From NCBI GenBank assembly GCA_035999715.1, contig DASYGM010000065.1, positions 16,298 through 48,297 of the forward strand: a stretch of 32,000 bases of DNA. The letters are read 5' to 3'. The translations under genes were made by a program, and so were the position numbers. Shown piece by piece: positions 1 through 8,404 of the stretch (position 1 is its first letter; each line of letters begins with the position of its first letter). The DNA is from Micrococcaceae bacterium (GTDB lineage: Bacteria > Actinomycetota > Actinomycetes > Actinomycetales > Micrococcaceae). The notes beneath the pieces are model-generated. The model was not told the origin of the DNA and did no database searches. It saw only the letters and a list, made by a program, of their open reading frames with translations.

Positions 1-557
1 ACCTCCGTAGGAGCCGCCTCCCGCGGCTTAAGCGCCTGCTGGGCCAGGGCAGCGAACTGCTCCGGTGTGTGCCGCCAGATCAGTTCCGGCAACAGGGCCG
101 CGAAATGCGCCTCCAGTGTGACCATCCGCGGGAAGCGTTCGGCCTCCCTGACCAGCCGCCGCCCCATAATGGCAGCCGCCTCTTTGAAGGCCTTGTACTG
201 CAGCAGGCGGGCAAAGAGCAGATCGCGCGCCTCCAGCAGGGCGATGTCCTCGTCGCTCTCCACCTCACCGGAGGGCAGCAGCCGCGCCGCCTTCAGATCC
301 AGCAGGGTGGCGGCTATGACCAGAAACTCACTGGCCTCATCCAGCGCCCATTCCTGGCCCTGTTGCCGAAGCCGGCGGATGTAGCTGATGAACTCGTCTG
401 TCACCTGGGCCAGCGCCACCTCGGTGATATCCAGTTCGTGTTTGGAGATCAGCCCCAGCAGCAGATCGAAGGGTCCAGTGAAATTCGCCAGCCGCACCTC
501 GAATCCTGTCGCCGCCCGGGCAGGTTCCTCCTGGACTGCCGGATTAGGGCGCTCCAC
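1..557 (-). CDS. scpA: segregation and condensation protein A (ScpA), N-terminal part; C-terminus lies beyond the window start
   Basis: Absent from the ORF track because it runs off the window. My minus-strand translation from GTG 557 reads VERPNPAVQEEPARAATGFEVRLANFTGPFDLLLGLISKHELDITEVALAQVTDEFISYIRRLRQQGQEWALDEASEFLVIAATLLDLKAARLL...QFAALAQQALKPREAAPTE, with no stop down to position 1. This matches the ScpA N-terminal signature (F.V.L..F.GP.DLLL.LI). The start overlaps the ParA stop (544-546), as in the usual parA-scpA-scpB arrangement. Confidence 0.8.
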   Translation of the reverse strand, partial: MERPNPAVQEEPARAATGFEVRLANFTGPFDLLLGLISKHELDITEVALAQVTDEFISYIRRLRQQGQEWALDEASEFLVIAATLLDLKAARLLPSGEVESDEDIALLEARDLLFARLLQYKAFKEAAAIMGRRLVREAERFPRMVTLEAHFAALLPELIWRHTPEQFAALAQQALKPREAAPTE

Positions 558-1443
558 CGCGGGCCACCAGCTCCTTGGCCAGGCGGCGGTAGGCGTCCGC
601 TCCCTGGTGGTTTCCGGCGTAGGTGGTGATGGGTTCGGCTGCCACGGTGGCGTCGGCGAACTTGATGGTCCGCTTGATTACCGTTTCAAAGACGGTGTCG
701 CCAAATGCTTCGACGAGCCGGGAAATGACCTCGCGGCTGTGCAGCGTGCGGGCGTCGTACATCGTGGCCAGCACGCCGTCCACCTGGAGCCGCGGGTTCA
801 GCCTGTCCTGGACCTTTTCGATCGTCTCCACCAGCAGGGCCACCGCGCGCAGCGCGAAAAACTCGCAAATCAACGGAATGATCACGCCGTGGGCCGCGGT
901 CAGCGCGTTGACCGTCAGCAGACCCAAGGATGGCTGGCAGTCGATCAGGACGACGTCGTAGTCGTCCTCCACCTTCTTCAGGGCACGGTCCAGCACCTGC
1001 TCACGGGCCACCTCGTTGACCAGCTGCACTTCCGCAGCGGAAAGGTCTATGTTGGCCGGGAGCAGGTCGATGTTCTCGAAGTCGGTGTGCCGGATGGCGT
1101 CCCGGATGTCCACCTTGCGGTCCATGAGGACGTTATAGACGGTGGTCTCCAGCTCATGCGGATTGGTGCCCAGTCCGGCGGAGAGGGCGCCCTGCGGGTC
1201 GAAGTCCACCAGCAGGACGCGGCGGCCGGTTTCGGCCAGCGCGGCGCCCAGGTTGATGGTGGAGGTGGTCTTGCCCACCCCACCCTTCTGGTTGACCATG
1301 GCGATCACCCGGGCGGGACCATGGGATGTCAGTACGGGAGGTTCCGGGAACTCCGTCAGCGGCCGTCCCGTGGGTCCCATGACGAGGTCGTCAAAGTCCA
1401 GGTCGACGCCTTCCAGAGTTGTTGAACCCTGTTCGTTGCTCAC
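544..1443 (-). CDS. ParA/Soj-family partitioning-type ATPase (ParA family protein)
   Basis: 299-aa ORF with a GTG start. It has the deviant Walker A MVNQKGGVGKTT, the DFDPQG motif and ParA/MinD-like length, and sits immediately upstream of scpA. Confidence 0.9.
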   Translation of the reverse strand: MSNEQGSTTLEGVDLDFDDLVMGPTGRPLTEFPEPPVLTSHGPARVIAMVNQKGGVGKTTSTINLGAALAETGRRVLLVDFDPQGALSAGLGTNPHELETTVYNVLMDRKVDIRDAIRHTDFENIDLLPANIDLSAAEVQLVNEVAREQVLDRALKKVEDDYDVVLIDCQPSLGLLTVNALTAAHGVIIPLICEFFALRAVALLVETIEKVQDRLNPRLQVDGVLATMYDARTLHSREVISRLVEAFGDTVFETVIKRTIKFADATVAAEPITTYAGNHQGADAYRRLAKELVARGGAP

Positions 1444-1590
1444 GTATCAGTCCACACTTTCGCTTCTATCGGGTTTCACCGGTCCTTAGCTCAAGGCTAC
1501 CGCCCAGCAATGGCAATATTTCGGAGATTGACACACCCCGGATTTCGAGCCTTTACCCTCAACCGGAGCCTGAATGTTCCGTCGTCGACC

Positions 1591-1596
1591 TATACT
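1591..1596 (+). promoter_or_regulatory. candidate -10 hexamer TATACT for the ABC ATPase gene (near-leaderless transcript)
   Basis: TATACT lies 8 nt upstream of ATG 1605 with no Shine-Dalgarno in between. It is in the divergent parA/ABC intergenic region. This is a pattern match only. Confidence 0.25.
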
Positions 1597-1604
1597 TTGG
1601 ACAG

Positions 1605-2585
1605 ATGAGCAAGTCCCGCAGCCCCAAGTCCTCAGCCCGCAGCGGCACCACCAGGCCCAAGCCAGGCCCAGCCACCGGCGGGCCCTCCTCCGGTGCGCCC
1701 GGAAAGGCTGCAGCAGACCCCGGCAAGACGGTCCCGGCGTCTGCCACGCCATCTGACACCTCGGCCAGACCGCTTGGCTCCTCGGCCACGCCCACGTCGT
1801 CGGGCGCCCCGTCGTCGGCCACGCCACCTGCCGGCAAGGCAACACCGCCAGCCAAAGCAGCGCCGGCCGCCAAGGCCTCCCCCGCGGCGGCCAGGACCGA
1901 ACTGGTCCGTGCGGACCGGCTGAACGTCGGCTACGGTACCAAGGCCGTCTGCGGCGAAATCGGCTTCAGCCTGCGCCAGGGCGAGGCGCTGGCCTTCGTC
2001 GGACCCAACGGTGCCGGCAAATCCACCGTACTGAAAACGGTCGTGGGCCAGCTTGAGGCGATCAGCGGCAAAACGCGCGTCTACGGCGGCGACGCCGATG
2101 ACCGCAGCCTGGAGTTCCGCCGTGAAGTGGCCATGGTGTTCGACGACGATGCGTTCTTCCCTGCGCTGACGGTCCAGGAGCACCTGGCGATCGTCGCCGC
2201 CGGACACGGTGCCACCGACGTCGAGGACCTGATCGATGAGGAACTGGACTTCTTTGGCCTGTCCGAGCAGCGCCAGATGCTCCCGCACAACCTCTCCTCC
2301 GGCCAGCGCCGCAGGATGCTGCTGGCGGCGGCGTTTGTCCGTCCGCGTTCGCTGCTGGTGCTCGACGAGCCGGAGCAGCGCCTGGACACCGGTATGCGCG
2401 AGAGGCTCGCGGCCAGACTGCGCCAGCAGGTCGACGACGGCCTGGGGCTGCTGGTGGTCACGCACGACCCGGCCTTCCTGTCCACGGTAGCCACCCGCGC
2501 CATCTTCGTCGCCGACGAGGTGCGCAAAATGACGCCGGCCCAGGCCGCCGTCGCCATCTCCGCCACCAACCCCCGTGCGGACTGA
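1605..2585 (+). CDS. ABC transporter ATP-binding protein with a ~100-aa Pro/Ala/Ser/Lys-rich N-terminal extension
   Basis: Walker A GPNGAGKST, ABC signature LSSGQRRR, Walker B LLVLDEP and H-loop VVTHD are all present. The track ORF starts at TTG 1419, but 1419-1604 looks non-coding; the first ATG is 1605 (MSKSRSPKSS...). The exact start is uncertain. Confidence 0.85.
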   Translation: MSKSRSPKSSARSGTTRPKPGPATGGPSSGAPGKAAADPGKTVPASATPSDTSARPLGSSATPTSSGAPSSATPPAGKATPPAKAAPAAKASPAAARTELVRADRLNVGYGTKAVCGEIGFSLRQGEALAFVGPNGAGKSTVLKTVVGQLEAISGKTRVYGGDADDRSLEFRREVAMVFDDDAFFPALTVQEHLAIVAAGHGATDVEDLIDEELDFFGLSEQRQMLPHNLSSGQRRRMLLAAAFVRPRSLLVLDEPEQRLDTGMRERLAARLRQQVDDGLGLLVVTHDPAFLSTVATRAIFVADEVRKMTPAQAAVAISATNPRAD

Positions 2586-2588
2586 ACG

Positions 2589-4244
2589 GTGAGCGCGACC
2601 GCCCAGCAGGGCAACCCGGAGAGGGTGTACCTCAGCGCCACGGAGATCCGCCGCTACACCTTCAAGGCCGGGCTGGTCCGGACCGAAGGCGGCATCGGCG
2701 AGCTGATCTCCGAGGTCTACACCTACGTCTTTGGCGCCGTGGTGCTGCTGGTCATGTCCGGTGCCATCATCCTGGGCCTGCGGCACTCGCTGGGCCTGGG
2801 GTCCACCCCGGTGTGGACCGCTTCCGCACTGTCCCCGGGGTTCGCGAGCCTGGCCCCGCTGCAGGCCAGCGCCACGGTCATGCTGACCCTGGCGGCGGCC
2901 ATGCTCAGCATCGAGCTGAATGTCGGCCCCATTGCCATGACCGTGCCACAGACCTTCTGGTGGCTGGGCCTGCCCGTGCGGCGCCGGGGATTCATCCAAC
3001 CCGGCTTCCTGCGCTCCATGATCTGGCCCGCGGCAGGAGGGATCGCCGTCGTCGTACCCCTGTCACTGGGCGTGGGCAGCGAATCCTCCGCCGGCTTTGT
3101 TACGTTGGCCGCCCTCTGTGGTGTCGCGCTGGGCCTGCTGCTGTACGGTCTAGCCGGATGGGTCCAAATCACCGGACGCGGCGCGTGGCTGCGGCCCCTG
3201 GCCGGGGCGCTGACCCTGCTGGCCCCGCTGTCCCTGGTTGCCACCGCACTTTATAACAACGTCTCCGGCACCCGACTGGACATGTCCTGGCTGCTCTACC
3301 TGCCCACCAGCTGGCCGCTGCTGGTGGCCAACGGGCAGCTCTGGCCGCTACTGCTAACCGTCGCCTGCGTGGCCGTCCTGGCCATGGTTTACGCCAACCT
3401 GGAGCGGATCAGCTCCGCCCGGCTGAAGGCCAGCGCCATCGCCAGCACCTATGTGGCCGGCTCAGTGCTCTCCATGGACGCCACCGAACTTTCCAAATCA
3501 CTGAGCAGCGGCACCCGCAGCGGGCATTCCTGGATCCGGCTGCCGCTGGTCTTCCGCACCGGCTCGCAGACCCGGCGCTCGGTTCTGACCCTGCTCAGCG
3601 CACACTTGACCATGCAGCTGCGCCAGCCCGCCCGGCTGCTGCGGGTCCTGGTGCTGGCGGCTATCCCCGCCAGCGTGGCCTCCGTGGAATTCCTGGGCAA
3701 CGCCACCCTGATTGCAGTCGTGCTGTTTTTCTGTGCACACTTTGGCGTCACCGGGCTCGGCGCCGTGGCACGGTTCGCCTCAGGCAACCCCAGCGTGGAC
3801 GCGCTGATGCCGCTGCCGGCGAAGACCGTCCGCCGCGTCCACTACCTGATCCCCGCGGCCGGCATGACGCTGTGGATGGCCGTGGCCTTTATCCTGCTGC
3901 GCGTCCTGGGCGTCGGCTCCTGGCCACTGATCATCCTGGCCATCCTGGCCGGGCCGGGCCTGGGGGGAGCCACCCTGCGCGCGGCCTTCCGTCCGACCCC
4001 TGACTGGAACATGCCCGCCGTCTCCACGGCCATGGGACCGGTGCCCACCGGCGCCATCCGCAGTTTCCTGGTGGGCCCGGACCTGACCCTGATCACCCTG
4101 CTGCCAACGCTGATCTGCTTGATCTCCGGCGGTGTACCGCTGCTGGCGTTTCCGATCCAGCTGGCGCTGACGCTGATCGCCTTCGCTTGGGGCACCCACA
4201 TCCGGAAGCCGAAAAAGCCACAGGCAGCAAAGCCTGCCATTTAG
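2589..4244 (+). CDS. large polytopic membrane protein of unknown function (DUF6297-like by recollection), partner of the upstream ABC ATPase
   Basis: 551 aa with a GTG start 3 nt after the ATPase stop (2583-2585). It has many hydrophobic segments across its whole length and strong GC3 bias. I did not recognise an ABC permease EAA motif. Confidence 0.7.
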   Translation: MSATAQQGNPERVYLSATEIRRYTFKAGLVRTEGGIGELISEVYTYVFGAVVLLVMSGAIILGLRHSLGLGSTPVWTASALSPGFASLAPLQASATVMLTLAAAMLSIELNVGPIAMTVPQTFWWLGLPVRRRGFIQPGFLRSMIWPAAGGIAVVVPLSLGVGSESSAGFVTLAALCGVALGLLLYGLAGWVQITGRGAWLRPLAGALTLLAPLSLVATALYNNVSGTRLDMSWLLYLPTSWPLLVANGQLWPLLLTVACVAVLAMVYANLERISSARLKASAIASTYVAGSVLSMDATELSKSLSSGTRSGHSWIRLPLVFRTGSQTRRSVLTLLSAHLTMQLRQPARLLRVLVLAAIPASVASVEFLGNATLIAVVLFFCAHFGVTGLGAVARFASGNPSVDALMPLPAKTVRRVHYLIPAAGMTLWMAVAFILLRVLGVGSWPLIILAILAGPGLGGATLRAAFRPTPDWNMPAVSTAMGPVPTGAIRSFLVGPDLTLITLLPTLICLISGGVPLLAFPIQLALTLIAFAWGTHIRKPKKPQAAKPAI

Positions 4245-4335
4245 AAAATCCGCAGGCGGCAAGCCCGCCTTATAGAAAAAACGCAGGCGGAACGGGCCGC
4301 CTTCTAGAAAAAACGCAGACGGAACTGCCGCCATC
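4208..4335. repeat. tandem array of four ~31-32 bp hairpin-containing units
   Basis: Unit 1 (4242-4272) is tagaaaatccgcaggcggcaagcccgcctta. Unit 2 (4273-4304) is tagaaaaaacgcaggcggaacgggccgccttc. Unit 3 (4305-4335) is tagaaaaaacgcagacggaactgccgccatc. A degenerate unit 0 (about 4208-4241, gaaaaagccacaggcagcaaagcctgccatt) forms the last codons of the membrane-protein CDS. Units 1 and 2 carry the stem AGGCGG/CCGCCT. On the minus strand each unit reads as a stem-loop followed by GCGTTTTTT. Confidence 0.75.
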
Positions 4336-4346
4336 AGCTGATGGCG
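4329..4346. repeat. perfect 18-bp palindrome CGCCATCAGCTGATGGCG
   Basis: Read directly from the sequence: the reverse complement of CGCCATCAG is CTGATGGCG. It abuts the last hairpin unit and lies 117 nt upstream of the DUF222 gene start. Confidence 0.6.
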
Positions 4347-4462
4347 ACGATCTGCTGGGCGCGCCAGCTTCCTCTCCTCCACAGCCGTGCATCTGGTCCC
4401 GCCACCACACTTAGGACGTCCCGGCACTTATGCCTCGATGTGCGCGCCAATAGCGTTGGGAT

Positions 4463-6526
4463 ATGGATATTGCCCAGGACGCTCTGCCCAGCGGGGATGA
4501 TGCGGCAGACCGGTCCGACACCGGGTCGGCCAGGCATCCTGACGCTGAGGGCGCCATGACCGCTGCACCCCCTGTCCTTCCACCGCAACCTGTCACCGGT
4601 GCCGAGGACCCCGGTTTCCTGGCCGGGCAGTTGAACTTACTCGCTGCCCGCCTCCTGGGAATGGCAGCCCGCGTTCCGGCCGGTCCAGGCGCCCTGCCGG
4701 ATCCGGAGGCTGCGCTCCTGGGGCAGGAACTGGAGCACGCTTCCCGCGTATTGGACGGGCTCAAGGTCGGTATCGCCGGAGACCTGGGAGCGCGCTTCAG
4801 CGCCGGGCGGTACGCCGGATCAGGAGCCTCAACTATGACGGACTTCCTGCGCACCGGACTGCGAATCAGCTCCCGCGACGCAGCCCGCCGGGTACGCCTG
4901 ACAGCAGCGGTGCTGCCCGTTCGCGACGGCATCACCGGCGAACCCATGCCGGTAAGCCTGCCTTTGCTGGCCGCTGCCGTGGATGCCGGGGAGCTGGGTG
5001 CCGAAGCGGCCACCCTCGTCAGCAGCCATGTCGGACAAGCCGCGGACCTGTGCTCCGGCGGCAGGATCAGTGCCGGGAAGGTCGCCGAGGTCGAAGCCGT
5101 CCTCGTCGAGATCGGATCCCGCGCGGACCCGGACTATCTTTCGCGCTGTGCGTCCCGCGTGATCAACGCTCTGGATCCGGATGGAAAGCAGCCCACCGAA
5201 GCCGAGCTGACTGCTAAGGAGGGCATCCGCTTCAGCCGCCCCCGCCGGGGCTTGATTGCCTTCAACGGACACATGACCATTCTCGATTACGAGGAACTCA
5301 TGACCGCGATAGGCACGGCAACCAATCCGCGTTCCGCAGCGAACCGTGAGACAGTCCGGAAAGCCAGGATAGCCGAGGCGGCGGCCTCTGGTTCTGTCCC
5401 AGCCATCCCGCCGGCACCGCCGACGGAGGACTCCTGGCCTTCGGTCCAGGCACCCGAAATTACCTCCATGGTTCAGCCCTGGCCCTCAGGCACCGGTACC
5501 GGTCTGGAAGCGGGTTGGCCTGCCAATTCGGGCGCTGAAGAGTGGCAGGGCTGGCCGGCCCGTCCCGAACATGAGATGTCCGACTGGCCAAAGGTTCCGG
5601 ACCCGGAACCGCTTGTACCGCCCCCCGCTTGGCCTCCCACAGCCGGCACCTGTTCCGGCACCGGTTCCCTTTCAGATGACGGTTTCAAGTGGCCAGCGGG
5701 TCTGGTTGAGCCCGACCCAGCCACCTCCTGGGACACGCGCATAACGGCGACTACAGGCCCACCGACCGGGAGGGACACGGACTCCCCGACCGGACGTTTC
5801 CTCAACGCCTCTGCCAACACCCTCGACGGAGGTGCGGAAACGCCCGCCGACGATCAGCGGCCCCCGCTCCAAGAGCGGGATAACGGCCCGGACCAGGATC
5901 CCGGGACCATATTAAGCCATGCCTCTTCAGATCCGGTGGCCAAAGACCGAAGGACCCGGGCCCAGCAACTCCTTCATGCCATGGTTGATTGCGCCAAATA
6001 CGCCGCCCGCTCGGGGAAGCTGCCAGACAATGGGGGCATGCGCCCGCAATTGCTCGTGACCGTCACCCTCAAGGAACTTCGGGACAACCTCGGCTCCGCA
6101 CTGGTACCGCACAGCGGGGCAATACCAGTCAAACGCATCCGTAAAACTGCCTGCGACGCCGGCATCGTCCCCCTGATTTTCGGCGCCCGCGGAGAAATAA
6201 TTGACGTTGGCCGCAGCCAGTGAACTGTTCCCCCGGCACTGAGACGTGCCCTGCACGCCCGCGACAAGGGCTGTGTCTTCCCCGACTGCACCCGCCCTGC
6301 CCAATGGACCGAAGCCCACCACGTCGTCCACTGGCTCGACGGCGGCGAAACCTCCGTGGCTAATACCTGCCTTCTGTGTTCCTTCCACCACCATCTGATC
6401 CACCACAGCGATTGGGAAATCCGGATGGTTGACGGTATTCCGTGGCTTATCCCACCGCTTAGCCTCGACTACCGCCGCACGCCGCGCCGGAACCACTACC
6501 ACGACCCGCAAGCCCAGCCCAGTTAG
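4463..6526 (+). pseudogene. DUF222 / HNH endonuclease (13E12-repeat type) interrupted by one in-frame TGA at 6221-6223
   Basis: The track ORF 4463..6223 ends ...IIDVGRSQ*. Reading on in the same frame gives [66 protein letters not shown]...HDPQAQPS, ending at TAG 6524-6526. That is the complete HNH nuclease motif of this family. 4463-6526 is 2064 nt, or 688 codons, in one frame. Confidence 0.8.
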
Positions 6527-6833
6527 ATGTGGGTCAACTGCACTGACTCTGTGGGTGCGCTGGACTCGCCCCGGGAGTGCTGTGGGACGCGCATGTGAGA
6601 CCGGCTGGATGCTCGATCCCTTCGCTTCCGACCCGTCCGAAACAACTCTTGCCATCCGCTGGAGGCGCGAGCACAATGAACCTGACAGGCCCTCCACAGT
6701 CCGGGCCGACAGCGGGACAGCGGGCGCTCTCAGTTGCAGCCCGCGCCGGTGCACCTTTCGTCACCCGGACTTGATGGCATCGCGGCTTCCAGGTTGCGGT
6801 GGGTGGACGGTCTGCGGGGAGGGGAGGGCCCCA

Positions 6834-8234
6834 ATGGATCGTGGATGGAACCGGCCCAGGGGCCGGTCCGCAACTGACGACACCCACAAGCGGATGGGGG
6901 GACGCCTGGCGGCTGCCGGGGCATGTGGCATTTTGGGAATCGCCCTGCTCACCTCGTGTTCCTCCGTGTTCACCGATCCAACCGTGCCCCTGCCTCCCAG
7001 TCCTCCGGCTAACGGACCCGTCGTGGAGCCTGGGGCTTCCGCGACCGCCGCCATGGTTTATCCCGGAACGGCAGCCAGCCCCACTGGGAAGCAATCACTT
7101 GATCCCGAGTCGGATGCCACGGCAACTGTTGTCCCCGGCCCGGCATCTACATCCACGCCGTCCAGCCCGCCCGACAGCGGATCTCCGGCCACGACCGCCG
7201 CCGCCCTGCTCACTTGGGTGCCGCCGGGCCCGGCCGACCCCACGGACCCGGCGCCGAACAATTGGTATGCGCAACTGGTTCCCAAAAAGTGCGACCAGAT
7301 GCCGGCCAGCAGCGCGCTGGCCGCCGCGGCCCACTCGCTTTGCCTGGCGGTGACCACCAACGACCAGACGGCCTGGGCGCAAACCGATGCCGTCTACCGC
7401 GCCCTGCCACAGCCGGCGCCATCCGGCTGCCTTGAATCGACCACCTACCGGGTCCTGGCCAATCTGCTCAAGTACCATGCTTCCAATCCAAAAACAGCCG
7501 TCAAGACTGTTCCCGGGACCAAAACGGCGTGCCCCCTGCGGTTGAGCGGTGTAACGGACCCGAATGGGGACGCCAGCATCACCAATCCGCATGTGCCGGC
7601 CGCGGGAGGCTCAACGCTGCGGCTGAAGGGCCGCTTCCAGGACGTCTCGGCGGTTCTGGTGGACGGCCACACAGTCTCCGTAACGAAGCTGGCAGAAAAC
7701 CATTTCGCTTTCACCGCACCTCCTGCCCTGCAGGCCGGGGCGGTGACCGTCCGCGCTCTGGGAGCCGATGGTCAGCCCCTGACTGGCACTGCCCGGTTCA
7801 CGTACGATCCGGCCAGCAGCACCCCGACGCCGACTGAGCCGCCATCGTCGCCCGACGCCGCGCAGCCACCGTCCTCGCTGCCGCCCACGCAGCAACCGGT
7901 GATACCGCCCGCGACTACTCCGCCAGCACCCAAACCGCCGGCATCTCCACCGGCGACCGATCCGCCAACGACGACCGCCACGACGCCGCCAACGACCGCT
8001 CCAGCGACGGCTCCATCCTCGCGGCAGGCAACGGACTCCCTGCCGTTGCCGCCCGGCACGGCAGCCACCGCGGGCCCGTTGTCCGGGAGTAACGACTCAT
8101 TTGCACCGGTGACCCCGGACCCAATAGACCAGCCGACTCCGACGGACCAGACACTGCACACGTCCTCGTCAACTGCCCCGCCCGACCCGCAGACAGCAAC
8201 GCCCTCCGTGCCAGGCCTCATTCCGGTGCCCTAG
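6834..8234 (+). CDS. secreted lipoprotein with an IPT/TIG-like beta-sandwich segment and a long Pro/Thr/Ser-rich C-terminal tail
   Basis: The signal peptide with lipobox is ...GACGILGIALLTSC|SS. The SD-like GGGAGGGGAGG (6817-6827) precedes ATG 6834, and ATG 6894 (MGGRLAAAG...) is an alternative start. The segment GGSTLRLKGRFQDVSAVLVDGHTVSVTKLAENHFAFTAPPALQAGAVTVRAL looks IPT/TIG-like. The track start at 6429 overlaps the HNH pseudogene and was trimmed. Confidence 0.7.
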   Translation: MDRGWNRPRGRSATDDTHKRMGGRLAAAGACGILGIALLTSCSSVFTDPTVPLPPSPPANGPVVEPGASATAAMVYPGTAASPTGKQSLDPESDATATVVPGPASTSTPSSPPDSGSPATTAAALLTWVPPGPADPTDPAPNNWYAQLVPKKCDQMPASSALAAAAHSLCLAVTTNDQTAWAQTDAVYRALPQPAPSGCLESTTYRVLANLLKYHASNPKTAVKTVPGTKTACPLRLSGVTDPNGDASITNPHVPAAGGSTLRLKGRFQDVSAVLVDGHTVSVTKLAENHFAFTAPPALQAGAVTVRALGADGQPLTGTARFTYDPASSTPTPTEPPSSPDAAQPPSSLPPTQQPVIPPATTPPAPKPPASPPATDPPTTTATTPPTTAPATAPSSRQATDSLPLPPGTAATAGPLSGSNDSFAPVTPDPIDQPTPTDQTLHTSSSTAPPDPQTATPSVPGLIPVP

Positions 8235-8292
8235 GATCTGGCTAACGCCGCCCTCAGCGGCGCCTTCAAGCCCGGTCCAACAGGTTCCCGGG

Positions 8293-8317
8293 TAACGGGC
8301 GTGTTCCGCGCCCGTTA
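8293..8317. promoter_or_regulatory. inverted repeat TAACGGGCG-N7-CGCCCGTTA upstream of the nickel permease gene
   Basis: There are perfect 9-bp arms at 8293-8301 and 8309-8317, about 90 nt upstream of ATG 8405, with no U-tail. This is either a candidate operator or the terminator hairpin of the upstream lipoprotein gene. Confidence 0.3.
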
Positions 8318-8404
8318 GCCTATCCCCCGTCGCAGGGCCCGGCGTAGACTGCAGCTACTTTAGGCATCACCGGCACGTCCAGCGGCGGAATCCAGGGCAG
8401 GCTT

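Noticed and set aside
4208-4335. The tandem repeats here and at 14816-14954 as CRISPR arrays.
   Set aside because: The units are directly adjacent with no unique spacers, there are only 4 copies, no cas genes are in the window, and one array lies inside an operon junction.
6221-6262. The TGA in the HNH gene as a selenocysteine codon or programmed readthrough site. A small 5-bp hairpin (GGCAC-N6-GTGCC, about 6235-6250) lies downstream.
   Set aside because: The hairpin is weak and unlike the bacterial SECIS elements I know. The position corresponds to a conserved Arg rather than Cys, and CGA to TGA is a one-step mutation. A pseudogene or sequencing error is more parsimonious.
4347-6833. The DUF222/HNH gene region as an IS element, prophage remnant or integrative island.
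   Set aside because: I found no transposase, integrase, terminal inverted repeats or flanking direct repeats. The 300-nt non-coding stretch 6527-6833 showed no tRNA-like or other structure I could recognise. A horizontal origin remains possible but is unsupported.
8235-8404. A metal-sensing riboswitch or leader upstream of the NiCoT gene.
   Set aside because: No recognisable NiCo or B12 riboswitch consensus is present, only simple hairpins. These are reported instead as a low-confidence inverted repeat.
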